Shown here piece after piece: positions 15,498 to 23,390 of a stretch of 38,369 nt of DNA; position 1 is the first letter of the stretch, and every line of letters begins with the position of its first letter. Origin of the DNA: Raoultibacter sp. (GTDB taxonomy: Bacteria; Actinomycetota; Coriobacteriia; Coriobacteriales; Eggerthellaceae); contig JAVWGW010000001.1 in assembly GCA_036640375.1 (NCBI GenBank), positions 1 to 38,369 on the forward strand, in the 5' to 3' direction. The notes under the pieces are model-generated. The model ran no database searches. It saw nothing but the letters and a program-made list of their open reading frames with translations, and was not told where the DNA came from. The position numbers and the translations under genes are program-made.

Positions 15498-16346
15498 ATG
15501 AAGAAAAAGCTCATGATTCTTGCCAGTGTTGCCTGCATGGTGTGCCTTTCGGCCGTCGTGCTCGCGGGCTGCTCTGGTGGTGCCGCGACCGACAAAAAGG
15601 CCGAAGGCGAAGGCGCGCCCGCGGCACCCAGCACCACGTTTACGGTCGGTTTCGACCAGGATTTCCCCCCTTATGGTTATGTTGGCGATGATGGCAAATT
15701 GACCGGTTTCGATCTTGACCTGGCCAAAGAGGTATGCGCGCGCAATGGTTGGGAATGCAAGCTTGAACCCATCAACTGGGATACGAAGGATACGCTGATC
15801 AACAGCGGTTCGATCAGCTGCATTTGGAACGGCTTCACCATGGAAGGCCGCGAAAACGATTACACCTTTGCCGGGCCTTATATGGATAACAGCCAGGTTG
15901 TCGTGGCAAAAAAGAGTTCGAACATCACCGATTTTGCCGGCTTGAAAGATAAAGTTGTGCTGGCGCAGGCCGATTCCGCTGCACTGCATCTGCTTGAGGC
16001 TGGCGGCGACCAGGCCGCTTTGGCTGCAACCTTCAAAAAACTCGACACCATCGGCGAATACAACACCGCCTTCATGCAGCTTGAAAGTGGCGCCGTTGAT
16101 GCGGTGGCGCTCGATTTGCCCGTGGCCAAGTTCCAGATAAGCGGCAAGGAAGACAAATACACCATCATCGATGAAAAGCTTTCTTCCGAACACTACGCGG
16201 TCGCCTTCAAGAAGGGCAACACCGAACAGGCTGAAGCCGTGCAGAAAACTTTGCAAGAAATGGTTGCCGACGGCACCGTTAAAAAGATTGCCGAAAAATA
16301 CGCCGACCAAGGCATCAGCTACGACATGTGGATTCTCAAAGCTTAA
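15498..16346 (+). CDS. Polar amino-acid ABC transporter substrate-binding lipoprotein (SBP family 3)
   Basis: MKKKLMILASVACMVCLSAVVLAGC-SGG carries a lipobox (LAGC). The SBP_bac_3-like body reads FTVGFDQDFPPYGY....GFDLDLAKEVC......INWD....L.SG..D.IWNG.T.....E.Y.F..PY....VVV. RBS GAGGGAAGGGA. I moved the start from 15462 to ATG 15498. Confidence 0.88.
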   Translation: MKKKLMILASVACMVCLSAVVLAGCSGGAATDKKAEGEGAPAAPSTTFTVGFDQDFPPYGYVGDDGKLTGFDLDLAKEVCARNGWECKLEPINWDTKDTLINSGSISCIWNGFTMEGRENDYTFAGPYMDNSQVVVAKKSSNITDFAGLKDKVVLAQADSAALHLLEAGGDQAALAATFKKLDTIGEYNTAFMQLESGAVDAVALDLPVAKFQISGKEDKYTIIDEKLSSEHYAVAFKKGNTEQAEAVQKTLQEMVADGTVKKIAEKYADQGISYDMWILKA

Positions 16347-16388
16347 GGTGTGCGGGTTTCACTACTACGCAATAAAGTGGTAAATTAC

Positions 16389-16418
16389 AGGAGCCCTTCA
16401 TGTGGGGGCTCCTTTGTG
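16389..16418 (+). terminator. Intra-operon hairpin (partial terminator/attenuator) between the SBP and permease genes
   Basis: An 8-bp stem, aggagccc (16389-16396) / gggctcct (16406-16413), with a 9-nt loop, followed by TTGTGTGT. This arrangement is commonly seen where the SBP mRNA is needed in excess over the membrane components. Confidence 0.45.
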
Positions 16419-16448
16419 TGTATCGTGGAAGAAAGATAGGACACGTTT

Positions 16449-17102
16449 ATGGATATGGCGACGATGATGACGCTGCTGGGCGAAGGATTCTTGGTCACGC
16501 TGCAGATTTTCTTTTTGACGCTCGTGGGCTCGCTGCCGCTGGGCGTGGTGGTGGCGCTTGCGCGCATGAGCAGCTTTAAGCCGCTGGCCATGATCACGCG
16601 TTTCTACATTTCCGTCATGCGCGGCACCCCGCTGATGCTGCAGATGTTCTTCGTGTTTTTTGCACCGTTTTACCTGTTCCAGATTGAACTAGGCAGTGAT
16701 TATAAGTTTTGGGCGTGCGTCATCGCCTTCATTGTCAACTACGCGGCCTACTTCGCCGAAATCTATCGCGGCGGCATCCAGTCCATGCCGCGCGGGCAAT
16801 ATGAAGCGGCCAGCGTTTTGGGGTATTCCAAGGCGCAGACCTTCATGAAAATCATCTTCCCGCAGGTAATCAAGCGTATTTTGCCTGCTATGAGCAACGA
16901 AATCATCACGCTGGTAAAGGATACTTCCCTGGCTTTCGCCATCGGCGTTTCCGAGATGTTCACCGTGGCAAAATCGGTCGTGGCGGCACAAAAGGGCATG
17001 GCGGCCTTCGTGGTGGCGGGCGTATTTTACTACCTGTTTAACCTGTGCGTCGAAATCATTTTGAACCACAGCGAAAAGAAGCTGAACTACTACCATGACT
17101 AG
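16449..17102 (+). CDS. Polar amino-acid ABC transporter permease (His/Glu/Gln/Arg/opine family)
   Basis: The 217-aa protein has about 5 TM helices. The EAA loop reads QYEAASVLGYSKAQTFMKIIFPQVIKRILPAMSNE and the N-terminus is LxxGxxxTLxI-type (LLGEGFLVTLQIFFLTLV). Confidence 0.9.
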   Translation: MDMATMMTLLGEGFLVTLQIFFLTLVGSLPLGVVVALARMSSFKPLAMITRFYISVMRGTPLMLQMFFVFFAPFYLFQIELGSDYKFWACVIAFIVNYAAYFAEIYRGGIQSMPRGQYEAASVLGYSKAQTFMKIIFPQVIKRILPAMSNEIITLVKDTSLAFAIGVSEMFTVAKSVVAAQKGMAAFVVAGVFYYLFNLCVEIILNHSEKKLNYYHD

Positions 17103-17889
17103 GAGTGCCGGTATGGATGCACGCGCGCAGGCCATCGTAAGCCTTGATCACATCAAGAAAAGCTTTGGGGAAACCGAAGTCTTGCACGACATCAGCCTAC
17201 GGGTGGAAAAAGGCGAGGTCGTGGCCATCATCGGGCCTTCCGGCTCGGGCAAATCGACCTTTTTGCGCTGCGCCACGTTGCTGGAAACCTTTGAGGCGGG
17301 GCGCCTGGCCTATGGGGATGTGGTTGTTGCCGAAAACGATGCGACAGGGCGCGCAATCTACGCCGATCGCGCCACGCAAAAAGCTGCCAAGATGCGCTTT
17401 GGCCTGGTGTTTCAAAACTTCAACCTGTTTCCGCATTACACTGTGATGAAAAATATCACCGACGCGCCGATAGGGGTGCAGAAGCGTCCGCGTGAAGAAG
17501 TGTTTGCCGAAGCGCGGCGGCTTTTGGCGAAGCTGGGCTTGGAGGGCAAAGAAGATATGGTGCCCTGCGAACTTTCCGGCGGCCAGCAGCAACGGGTCGC
17601 CATCGCGCGTGCGTTGTGCTTAAACCCTGCCATCCTCTACTTCGACGAACCCACCAGCGCGCTTGACCCGCAGCTGACCATCGAGGTGTTAAGGGTTATC
17701 CGCGATTTGGCGGCCGAGCATATGACCATGGTTATCGTCACCCACGAAATGAATTTCGCGCGCGACGTGGCCGACCGCATTATCTTTATGGAAGGCGGCG
17801 TGATTGTGGAAGAAGGTAGCGCAAACGACCTGATCAATCACCCGCAGCACCAGCGCACGAAAGAATTTTTGGCAAAGTACGAAGGCTAG
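17095..17889 (+). CDS. Polar amino-acid ABC transporter ATP-binding protein (GlnQ/HisP-like)
   Basis: Walker A GPSGSGKST, Q-loop VFQNFNLFPH, signature LSGGQQQRVAIARAL, Walker B ILYFDEPTSALD, H-loop VIVTHEM. The ATG at 17095 overlaps the permease stop. ATG 17113 is an alternative start. A roughly 25-aa insertion (AYGDVVVAENDATGRAIYADRATQKAAKM) lies between Walker A and the Q-loop. Confidence 0.9.
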   Translation: MTRSAGMDARAQAIVSLDHIKKSFGETEVLHDISLRVEKGEVVAIIGPSGSGKSTFLRCATLLETFEAGRLAYGDVVVAENDATGRAIYADRATQKAAKMRFGLVFQNFNLFPHYTVMKNITDAPIGVQKRPREEVFAEARRLLAKLGLEGKEDMVPCELSGGQQQRVAIARALCLNPAILYFDEPTSALDPQLTIEVLRVIRDLAAEHMTMVIVTHEMNFARDVADRIIFMEGGVIVEEGSANDLINHPQHQRTKEFLAKYEG

Positions 17890-17912
17890 ATTTGGGCGAC
17901 GAAGGGGTTGCG

Positions 17913-18806
17913 ATGGCAGACGTTTCCAGTATTTTTCAAGAGGGCATTTCGATGGTGCGTGGCGCGGTGTCCAATGTGACCGTGGAACAGCAGGGCTTCA
18001 TAAAGGCCTTTGTGCGCCTGTGTACCGATGGGTGGTTGCAGGGCTGGCACGAACGCAACGGCGGCAACCTGACCTATCGCATGACGGCGGCGGAAGTGGC
18101 GTCGTGCCAGTCCTTTTTTCGGGAAGAACCCAGCGCCTGGGAGCCTCTGGGCGTGCAGGCCGAAAACTTGTGCGGCGAATTTTTTGTGGTCACTGGTGCC
18201 GGGGTTTTTCTGCGCAATGTGGGTCTTGACCCCGCGAGAGCCCTTGGCATTGTGGAAATAAACGCGCAGGGCAATGCGCGGCGCGTAGTGTGGGGCTTCA
18301 AGGAAGGTGGGCACCCCACCAGCGAATTTGCCAGCCACTTTGTTGCCCATGCGGCGCGGGCACAGGCCACGGGCGGGGCATGCCGCGTGATCTACCACGC
18401 GCACCCCACCAACCTTATTGCCCTTACGTTCGCGGTGCCGCTTGAGGCGCGCACGCTTTCGCGCATCCTGTGGCGGTCGATGCCCGAATGCCTGATGGCG
18501 TTTCCTGCCGGCGTGGGCGTTGTGCCGTTTATGGTTCCCGGCAGCGCTGAATTGGCGCAGGCAACGGGTGCCCTCATGGCAAGCTACGATGCTGTTATGT
18601 GGGCGCAACATGGCCTTTTGTGCGCCGGCCCCGATTTCGACACCACGTTTGGCCTCATGCACACCCTCGAAAAATCCGCCGCAATCCACGCCCAAGCCTG
18701 CGCCTTAAACGGAGGCTCCCCCTTCCCCCAAACCATCACCGACGCCAACCTGCGCACCCTAGCCACCACCTTAAACCTCCCCATAAACGAAGCGTTTTTG
18801 GATTAA
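17913..18806 (+). CDS. Class II aldolase/adducin-family protein, rhamnulose-1-phosphate-aldolase-like
   Basis: The protein aligns along its whole length with my recollection of E. coli RhaD: DGWLQGWHERNGGNLTYR vs DAWLKGWDERNGGNLTLR; FVVTGAGVFLRNVGLDPA vs FIVTGSGKFFRNVQLDPA; PTSEFASHF vs PTSELPAHF; RVIYHAHPTNLIALT vs RVIMHCHATNLIALT; FPAGVGVVPFMVPGSAELAQAT vs [22 protein letters not shown]. I placed the start at ATG 17913 (GAAGGGG upstream). It lies 23 nt after the ABC ATPase stop. Confidence 0.8.
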   Translation: MADVSSIFQEGISMVRGAVSNVTVEQQGFIKAFVRLCTDGWLQGWHERNGGNLTYRMTAAEVASCQSFFREEPSAWEPLGVQAENLCGEFFVVTGAGVFLRNVGLDPARALGIVEINAQGNARRVVWGFKEGGHPTSEFASHFVAHAARAQATGGACRVIYHAHPTNLIALTFAVPLEARTLSRILWRSMPECLMAFPAGVGVVPFMVPGSAELAQATGALMASYDAVMWAQHGLLCAGPDFDTTFGLMHTLEKSAAIHAQACALNGGSPFPQTITDANLRTLATTLNLPINEAFLD

Positions 18807-18815
18807 GGAACCCAT

Positions 18816-18850
18816 GAAGACACCGGCCAGTTTTCCTGACCGGTGTCTTC
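18816..18850. terminator. Strong bidirectional hairpin between convergent genes (left edge of the AT-richer island)
   Basis: A perfect 11-bp stem, gaagacaccgg (18816-18826) / ccggtgtcttc (18840-18850), with a 13-nt loop. There is no long T-run on either side. Confidence 0.6.
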
Positions 18851-18903
18851 TGAGGAAAGAAAGATTCAAGCGCTAGGAAGCCTGCTACAAGAGGCAAGCA
18901 GCA

Positions 18904-20517
18904 CTATTCTGCTGTACGAGCAAGAGCGCTTCGAGCTGAAATCCGCCCAAAAGCGCCACATTCCCCCACGTTGCCTCCGCCTTGGTAGAGGTTTCCCCAT
19001 ATCGACCCAAATTCACCAGCGGAATATAAGCCTGTAATAGGTTTTCCGTCGGGGTCAAGGATTTCTCCCTGTGCACTTCTGGTGGGTCCACCATCGGTGT
19101 TGAGCATTGCGGGAACGCAGAGCATTGCGTAATAAGGGCCTGCCGAAATTGCCGTCAGCGTGCTTGCTGGGCGATAGAATGCAAGGTCTTCTCCTTTGCT
19201 GACCGAATCATTCCATTGAGCGATTGTTTTTACAAGCTCCTGTTCAGGCACCTTTATTTTGGCAGCTAGCTCTTCAATGGATCCTGCGGATAAAGCCCAG
19301 CCTTCCGAGACGGGGTCTGTGGAGGTTTCTTTGGGTAGTGCGCCCGCCTCGAGTGCTGCTTGGTCGAAAATGAACCATGCTTTTTCCGGGAGCGGCATGT
19401 GTGCAAATGCACCTCCAAACTGAGTAGTGCCATGCCTGTACCCAACGTTTATTGTTGGGTCGGAATCAGGCGTAACAAACTTGCTAAAGTTATTGCATCC
19501 ATCAAAGTCTTGATAAAAGCGTCGTCCATTTACTCCCACGGTAATTCCATGCTGTTTGGTTGTAAAGGAGTACAAGGTGGAAACAAATTTGGTGTTTTCC
19601 AGATTACGTAACGAAAGCCAATACTGAGCACCGCTGTGCATATGCCAAAAATCGGCACCGATTTTCATGCAAGCTCTATGGCCGTCGCCAGTGTTGGCTT
19701 TGCCAGCGAAGGGGTATCCCTTTACGCCGGTATAATTTTTGAGCATGCCAGGGTCGCTTTCAAAACCGCCGGTGCACATAATCACACCTCTTTTTGCTTT
19801 GTAATTTTTCCCGTTTGCGACAACTCCCTTGATTGTTTTTGTTGAGGGGTCTTGGACGAGGGATTCAAGGGGTGTTGATGTCTTATAAGTAATAGACTCT
19901 TTACGGTTGGCCATTACATCGAGAAGGAAAGAGTGAATATGGTGAGGCTGGTCGCCTTCGGTTTTAAAAAGGATGAACCCTACGGTGTTATCATTAGGAA
20001 ATTCTGGGAATTCATTGAAGACTTCTTCTTTTGTACCGGGCTTAATGAGGTTAAGCCATTCGGTTTTTGCGCCCAATCCTGTAATCCAGCTTAAGTTTTC
20101 ACCCATACCCATTGCGAAGGCTTTGACGACATCTTCTGGGGTGCTATCGTCAAATAGTTCATTCAAATAAACCATTGCTTCATCTGGATCCTCAACGTAC
20201 AGTTGGTATCCGGCGCAAAATGGGCTGTTTCCGTTTGGCGTAACATCCTTTTCTAGTACAAGGCATGTTGCGCCATTGCCTTCGTCTGCCACAGTAATGG
20301 CTGCCGTAACGCCGGCAAGTCCTGCCCCTACAACAATAACATCGTACTCATCATCCCATTTTATTTGATCGGAAGTGGTGGCTTTACTTGCCCCTGGTGC
20401 GCACCCGGCCAGACCAAAAGCTGCAGCTCCTGCTAGAGCAACCCCTGTTCCTTTAAGAAAGTTGCGCCTTGAGGTTGCTGTGTCAGGTGTTTTTGTTGCA
20501 TTAATTGATGGTGTCAT
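18904..20517 (-). CDS. Tat-exported, lipobox-bearing FAD-dependent oxidoreductase (fumarate reductase / KstD / Cgr2-type flavoprotein family)
   Basis: The twin-arginine motif TSRRNFLKG is followed by the h-region VALAGAAAFG and the lipobox LAGC. The FAD Rossmann motif is YDVIVVGAGLAGVTAAI. The central region is VIMCTGGF, and the C-terminal flavoprotein motif is GLYSAGEFGS.....YQGGGNVGECGAFGR. The ATG at 20517 is preceded by AAGGGGA. Confidence 0.88.
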   Translation of the reverse strand: MTPSINATKTPDTATSRRNFLKGTGVALAGAAAFGLAGCAPGASKATTSDQIKWDDEYDVIVVGAGLAGVTAAITVADEGNGATCLVLEKDVTPNGNSPFCAGYQLYVEDPDEAMVYLNELFDDSTPEDVVKAFAMGMGENLSWITGLGAKTEWLNLIKPGTKEEVFNEFPEFPNDNTVGFILFKTEGDQPHHIHSFLLDVMANRKESITYKTSTPLESLVQDPSTKTIKGVVANGKNYKAKRGVIMCTGGFESDPGMLKNYTGVKGYPFAGKANTGDGHRACMKIGADFWHMHSGAQYWLSLRNLENTKFVSTLYSFTTKQHGITVGVNGRRFYQDFDGCNNFSKFVTPDSDPTINVGYRHGTTQFGGAFAHMPLPEKAWFIFDQAALEAGALPKETSTDPVSEGWALSAGSIEELAAKIKVPEQELVKTIAQWNDSVSKGEDLAFYRPASTLTAISAGPYYAMLCVPAMLNTDGGPTRSAQGEILDPDGKPITGLYSAGEFGSIWGNLYQGGGNVGECGAFGRISARSALARTAE

Positions 20518-20854
20518 TAGATCCCCTTCTATTGGCTATCAGTAATCTTGGCGGTTTCAAAATCTTGTATAGGTTTTGGAAACTTGGCCTAGGCCAGTGT
20601 GCTTTTTCTGCCCGTGCGGCACCATCGCCAAATTGTCTAGCAGGGCTTCTCTGTATCCCCAAACTGGACTATTTTGTAGAAAAGCATTCAAATTTGTTAA
20701 ATTAGTAAACTCATCAACCGATGGGTATCGTATTGCAGCTATCATAAAGCGCATATACAAGGTTAGTCAGTGAGCCCCATGAGGGATGTCTAAAATTTTG
20801 AAGCTTATAGGTGTTCAGATTTGAGGTTAATACTACTTTTGAAAGCAGGGATTG

Positions 20855-22402
20855 ATGGTGGAATCGGTTCAGGGTAAGGGGGTCGTTGCTGCCTCGTTGG
20901 GCGCTCTGGGATTGGCTGCTGTAGGTATATGGTCTGACCTGCTTGGGCACTACTCTGGTTTTGCTCTTGCTTCTACAGGTATTCAGTCGATTGCAAATGC
21001 ACGACTGTTTTTTCTTATCGGGTTTACTGTTGCTGCGGTAGTTTCGATAGGAATTCCTCGTTTAAGCAAATTTCAAACCCTTCTTCTTCAGGCGCTTTTA
21101 CCGGTTTTAGGATGTGTCGGCACCGTTTTGTTTGGCCTTGCTTATGGGCAAGATATTGTTTCGTCAGATGTGCTGGCTATCATAGGCCTTTTGTTCTGCG
21201 GGGCAAGTTACTACGGTATGGCGACCATATTCTTTTGCGAGCTCGCCAAGGTTCAGTGTTTTTCAACTGCGGTATGGGCTGTAGCTGCGGGTCTTTTTCT
21301 TAAGACACTGCTTGGGGGCATGGTAGGTCTTCATGTATCAAGCGATATTCAGTTTGTTCTTGCAATCGTGCTTCCTTTGCTTGCGCTCGGGTGTCTTAAG
21401 TTGATGCGGAAGCTAAGCGACGCCAGATATTTATTGTATTACCAATCTCACGGTGAAGCGACAAAAGCGGGCGTACGCAATCTTCCTTACTTTTTCATAG
21501 CTGCCTCGGTTATTGTTGCTGCTCTGCGTGGTTTTAGCCATCTTGGCTTATGGGGGGAAGGGTACCTTGGCTCTTCAGTAGTCTCATTTACCGGGTATAT
21601 TATAGTAGGGCTTTCGCTTGCTGCCCTTACTTACGGAGCTCTTGTCCGCAATAGTAGCAAGCAAATGCTACAAAGATACCAACCTGCTTTCTTGGTTCTC
21701 ATTGGCGGGTTTCTGGTGTATGTGGCTCAAAATCAGCTTCCGGGAGTAGAGTCTTGGGAAACATTGCTTTCTGGAGTGTTTGTTGCGACGGAGCTTTTTG
21801 GGCATTTACTGTTGCGAGCAGTCGTTTTTACCGCCATAAGAACTACGACGGTTCCTGGATGGCGTTTTCAGGGGATGAGCGATGCTGCGTATGGGGTTAC
21901 CTCGATTGTTTGGGCGTTGCTTCTACAAAACGCCGTCGTAAGCGTGCAACTGCTTGTTATGGTTGCTTTATTCTTTTCGATGATGGCGGCAATAAGGCCT
22001 TTAAGCAAAAGGCCTTCTGAGGCGGAAATCCCTGAATCAAAACTTGGAGAGTTCGCCACACAAAACGAAGTGAAAAACACTGGTGAGTGCAGCCTTGCTT
22101 CCTGCGACGCATCGGCGAACAGTTGGTCGGATGTCAACGAGCGAATGCTGGAATTTTATAAGGCTCTTTCTCGGGATTTCGGCCTTTCCCCCAGAGAAAC
22201 CGATGTATTTTTGTTTCTAACGCAAGGACGAAGCAGGCCCTATATTTGCGAAGCCTTGTTCCTTTCTGACGGTACGGTAAAAACCCATATCACTCATATC
22301 TATCGCAAATTTAATGTGCATTCACGCCAAGAGTTGCTTACTGCCATCCAAGAGGCACAGACGCAGCAGGAAGCTATTGGAGATACTGGCTGCAGGCTGT
22401 AA
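20855..22402 (+). CDS. Membrane-integrated LuxR-family transcriptional regulator (about 12 TM helices + C-terminal GerE/LuxR HTH)
   Basis: The first roughly 390 aa are almost entirely hydrophobic helices (I count about 12). The C-terminus LSPRETDVFLFLTQGRSRPYICEALFLSDGTVKTHITHIYRKFNVHSRQELL is a canonical LuxR/GerE HTH. The gene is divergent from the flavoprotein gene across a 337-bp AT-rich spacer. Confidence 0.88.
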   Translation: MVESVQGKGVVAASLGALGLAAVGIWSDLLGHYSGFALASTGIQSIANARLFFLIGFTVAAVVSIGIPRLSKFQTLLLQALLPVLGCVGTVLFGLAYGQDIVSSDVLAIIGLLFCGASYYGMATIFFCELAKVQCFSTAVWAVAAGLFLKTLLGGMVGLHVSSDIQFVLAIVLPLLALGCLKLMRKLSDARYLLYYQSHGEATKAGVRNLPYFFIAASVIVAALRGFSHLGLWGEGYLGSSVVSFTGYIIVGLSLAALTYGALVRNSSKQMLQRYQPAFLVLIGGFLVYVAQNQLPGVESWETLLSGVFVATELFGHLLLRAVVFTAIRTTTVPGWRFQGMSDAAYGVTSIVWALLLQNAVVSVQLLVMVALFFSMMAAIRPLSKRPSEAEIPESKLGEFATQNEVKNTGECSLASCDASANSWSDVNERMLEFYKALSRDFGLSPRETDVFLFLTQGRSRPYICEALFLSDGTVKTHITHIYRKFNVHSRQELLTAIQEAQTQQEAIGDTGCRL

Positions 22403-22459
22403 TCTTTTCAAAAGCCCGCCTTAATTAAGGCTATAGCGGTTCGAATGAAAGGATGTCCT

Positions 22460-22735
22460 ATGGGTTCAATGACGACTGTGACCGTTGCTGAAGCGCGTGC
22501 TCATTTTTCCAAGATTGGGTCTGCCGTTAATGCAACAGGAGAATCGGTAACTGTTTTTCGCAACTCTAAGCCTTGGCTCATCATTGCGCCCGTTGAGGAA
22601 AAAGCGCCGAATGTTGAAACAAGGAAAGCAATGATGGAGGCCGATGAGCTGCTCTCAAACCCAGAGCGACAACGTTTTTCGTCGTTTGAGGATATGATGG
22701 ATGAACTAAAGCGAGAAACACATGCTCAGGCCTGA
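22460..22735 (+). CDS. Phd/YefM-like type II antitoxin with no adjacent toxin gene
   Basis: MTTVTVAEARAHFSKIGSAVNATGESVTVFRNSKPWLIIAPVEE fits the Phd/YefM N-terminal fold pattern. The C-terminal helix NVETRKAMMEADELLSNP..RFSSFEDMMDEL follows. I placed the start at ATG 22460 (AAAGGA 6 nt upstream). Only about 20 nt separate its stop from the hpf terminator. Confidence 0.65.
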   Translation: MGSMTTVTVAEARAHFSKIGSAVNATGESVTVFRNSKPWLIIAPVEEKAPNVETRKAMMEADELLSNPERQRFSSFEDMMDELKRETHAQA

Positions 22736-22757
22736 GCATGTGCGATGCTGCAAAAAA

Positions 22758-22784
22758 AGGGACGCCCGATTTTGGGGCGTCCCT
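22758..22784 (-). terminator. hpf intrinsic terminator (usable from both strands; right edge of the AT-richer island)
   Basis: A 10-bp stem, agggacgccc (22758-22767) / gggcgtccct (22775-22784), with a 7-nt loop. The A7 run at 22752-22758 provides the U-tract for the minus-strand transcript. Confidence 0.8.
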
Positions 22785-22820
22785 GGTGTTTCGTGTAAGG
22801 TGCGACTTTGCGCTAAGGCG

Positions 22821-23390
22821 CTAGTCTTGCTGCTTGAGCAGGCCGTATCCGCCGTCATCGCGGCGATAGAGCACGCGCACTTTGTCGGAATCGCGGTCGG
22901 TGTAGGCGAAGAAATCGTGGCCCAAAAGGTCGATCTTCACCAGCGCTTCTTCTTCGGTCAGCGGCTCGAATGAAATTTCCTTCACGCGCAAAATAGCATC
23001 ATCGTCGCCGGAAAGCTCGGTCATCAGTTCATCAAGGCTTGCGCCTGTCGCAGGAATTTCGCGCACGGTTTCGCCGCCGCGTACCTTGCGATCAACGACC
23101 TTCGTCTTGTATTTGCGCAGCTGACGCAGCACTTTGGCTGCAGCAACGTCAATTGCGGCGTACATGTCTTCTTCGCTTTCTTCCACGCGAACGATGTGAC
23201 CCTTCGTGCGCAGCGTTACTTCGCACACGGCCGGTCGTGGGTTGGCAGGATTTTTTTCAACATAAAGAATGATTTCAGCGTTCAAGGGGCTGATGTCCAT
23301 AACCTTCATGGAATTGCCGATTTTCTCTTCGGCATACTGATGCAAAGCATCGGTGATGGGCATCTTACGTCCGGTGACAGTGATCTCCAT
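22821..23390 (-). CDS. hpf: Ribosome hibernation-promoting factor, long form (100S dimerisation type)
   Basis: MEITVTGRKMPITDALHQYAEEKI........I.LYVEKNP......CEVTL...G..VRVEESEEDMYAAIDVAAAKV.RQLRKYK, plus a C-terminal dimerisation domain with VRVK.ISFEPLT.EEA....DLLGHDFFAYTD.....V.VLYRR.DGGYGLL. Confidence 0.95.
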   Translation of the reverse strand: MEITVTGRKMPITDALHQYAEEKIGNSMKVMDISPLNAEIILYVEKNPANPRPAVCEVTLRTKGHIVRVEESEEDMYAAIDVAAAKVLRQLRKYKTKVVDRKVRGGETVREIPATGASLDELMTELSGDDDAILRVKEISFEPLTEEEALVKIDLLGHDFFAYTDRDSDKVRVLYRRDDGGYGLLKQQD

